A stretch of 64,000 nt of DNA from Candidatus Latescibacterota bacterium (GTDB lineage: Bacteria > Latescibacterota > UBA2968 > UBA8231): positions 2,400,001 through 2,464,000 of the forward strand of contig OZ241362.1 of assembly GCA_965200315.1 (NCBI GenBank), in the 5' to 3' direction. Both the position numbers and the translations under genes were made by a program. The stretch's first letter is position 1. The number at the start of each line of letters is the position of its first letter. Under the pieces are notes generated by a model. That model worked only from the letters and a program-made list of their open reading frames with translations, was not told where the DNA came from and did no database searches. Shown here piece by piece: positions 62,881 through 64,000 of the stretch.

Positions 62881-63758
62881 CAATACACGACCTTGTTGAG
62901 CGGATATTCGATGATGCCTTCGGCCCCGAGCCGCTTGAGTTGGGGGATCAGCTCGCGCACTATGCGCTCATCGGCGACGATTTCCAGCGCCACCCATTCG
63001 TCGTCCATCTGGCTGGAGACTGTGGGAGTGTGCAGGGCTGGCAGCCGGCCGATGACGCGGTTGAGCTGGGCGCGCGGCACGTTCATCTTGAGGCCGACCT
63101 TGTGCTCGGCTTCGAGCGCACCCTTGAGTAGCATTAGCAAGTTCTCGGCCTTCTCCCGCTTCCAGCCATCGGCCCACGCGGCCTTGTTGGCAATCAAGCG
63201 CGGCGTCGATTCGCAGACCGTATCGACGATGCGCAGCCGGTTGGCCTTGAGCGATGTGCCCGTCTCAGTCGCCTCGACGACCGCATCCACTAGCCCGGGA
63301 ATGCCGGCCTTGACCTCGGTCGTGCCCCACGAAAACTCCACCTCGGCCTCCACCCCGCGGCCTTGCAAAAAACGGCGCGTCACGCCGATCAACTCGCTGG
63401 CGATGCGGCGGCCCGCGAGGTCTTCGACGCATTGGATGGGAGAATCCTCGGGCACGGCGATAACCCAGCGCAAGGGCCGCGCCGTGCTCTTGCTGTAGGT
63501 CAGTTCGCCAATTTCGACCACCTCGGCCTCGCTTTCGAGGACCCAGTCCCGGCCCGTCAGGCCCACATCCACGACGCCGCGCACTACGTACTGAGCGATT
63601 TCCTGCGCTCGGAACATCAGGCCCGCAAGCTGGGGATCGTCGATGTCGGGCACGTACGAGCGCGGCGCGAGCCGCACGCGATAGCCGGCGCGGACAAAAA
63701 GGTCAAACGTGGACTCCTGCAAGCTCCCGGACGGGAAGCCGATCTTCAATTCCTTCAT
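62880..63758 (-). CDS. hisG: ATP phosphoribosyltransferase (long form)
   Basis: GSLQE, RAQEI, DVGLTGRD, SWGTTE, ETGTSL, C-terminal regulatory domain PTVS...GAEGI. Confidence 0.96.
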   Translation of the reverse strand: MKELKIGFPSGSLQESTFDLFVRAGYRVRLAPRSYVPDIDDPQLAGLMFRAQEIAQYVVRGVVDVGLTGRDWVLESEAEVVEIGELTYSKSTARPLRWVIAVPEDSPIQCVEDLAGRRIASELIGVTRRFLQGRGVEAEVEFSWGTTEVKAGIPGLVDAVVEATETGTSLKANRLRIVDTVCESTPRLIANKAAWADGWKREKAENLLMLLKGALEAEHKVGLKMNVPRAQLNRVIGRLPALHTPTVSSQMDDEWVALEIVADERIVRELIPQLKRLGAEGIIEYPLNKVVY

Positions 63759-64000
63759 CTTGCTCCTAACTCAGTTCGTCTCATCGCTTCGGCGACTTCG
63801 GGGCTTAGCTTGTACAGGGCTAGTCGCGCTGCGGTTTGGTCTTCTTCCGTGCCCTCGCGCATTAGCTGCTGCAAGTGCGGCACGGCCCGCGCATCGCCCA
63901 CCTCGGCGAGGGCGTACATGGCCTTGCTGCGGATGCTCTGCAACTCGTCGGCGTCGAGGGCGACCAACAGGGCCTCGTAGATGGCGTTGCGGGCGGGACG
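63755..64000 (-). CDS. HEAT-repeat protein (C-terminal part only)
   Basis: IRSKAMYALAEVGDARAVPHL...AARLAL; frame open to the window edge. Confidence 0.7.
   Translation of the reverse strand, partial: RPARNAIYEALLVALDADELQSIRSKAMYALAEVGDARAVPHLQQLMREGTEEDQTAARLALYKLSPEVAEAMRRTELGAR

Overview
A roughly 60% GC bacterial chromosomal segment in which every credible gene (about 50 CDS plus a 16S-tRNA-Ile-23S-5S rRNA operon) lies on the minus strand. Gene content (BamA/Skp/Lol, McsA-McsB-ClpC, several secreted proteins with FlgD-Ig/T9SS-like C-termini and cohesin/dockerin-like modules) suggests a diderm FCB-group organism, possibly Latescibacterota. That taxonomy is inference and needs a 16S search. 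Most of the window is housekeeping: ruvCAB, tsaB/D, holB, rsmA, ilvE, EF-G paralog, pyrB, fabZ, prfB with its +1 frameshift, ftsK-lolA, moaDE and hisGDB. The main oddities are: (1) a 100-aa lipoprotein gene split at a codon boundary by a 103-bp inverted near-exact copy of the 3' end of the L-rhamnose isomerase gene 4.7 kb away; (2) a surface-protein locus (1775-aa and 682-aa modular proteins) behind a perfect sigma70 promoter, next to glycosyltransferases and a tandem-repeat coiled coil; (3) an orphan GlmL-like ATPase cluster at the left edge; (4) a 38-aa basic microprotein not in the ORF track; (5) mcsAB-clpC embedded in an outer-membrane biogenesis gene run lacking lpxD/lpxA; (6) 16S substitutions in the EUB338/341F target. 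Products are assigned from motif recognition only; no database searches were run.
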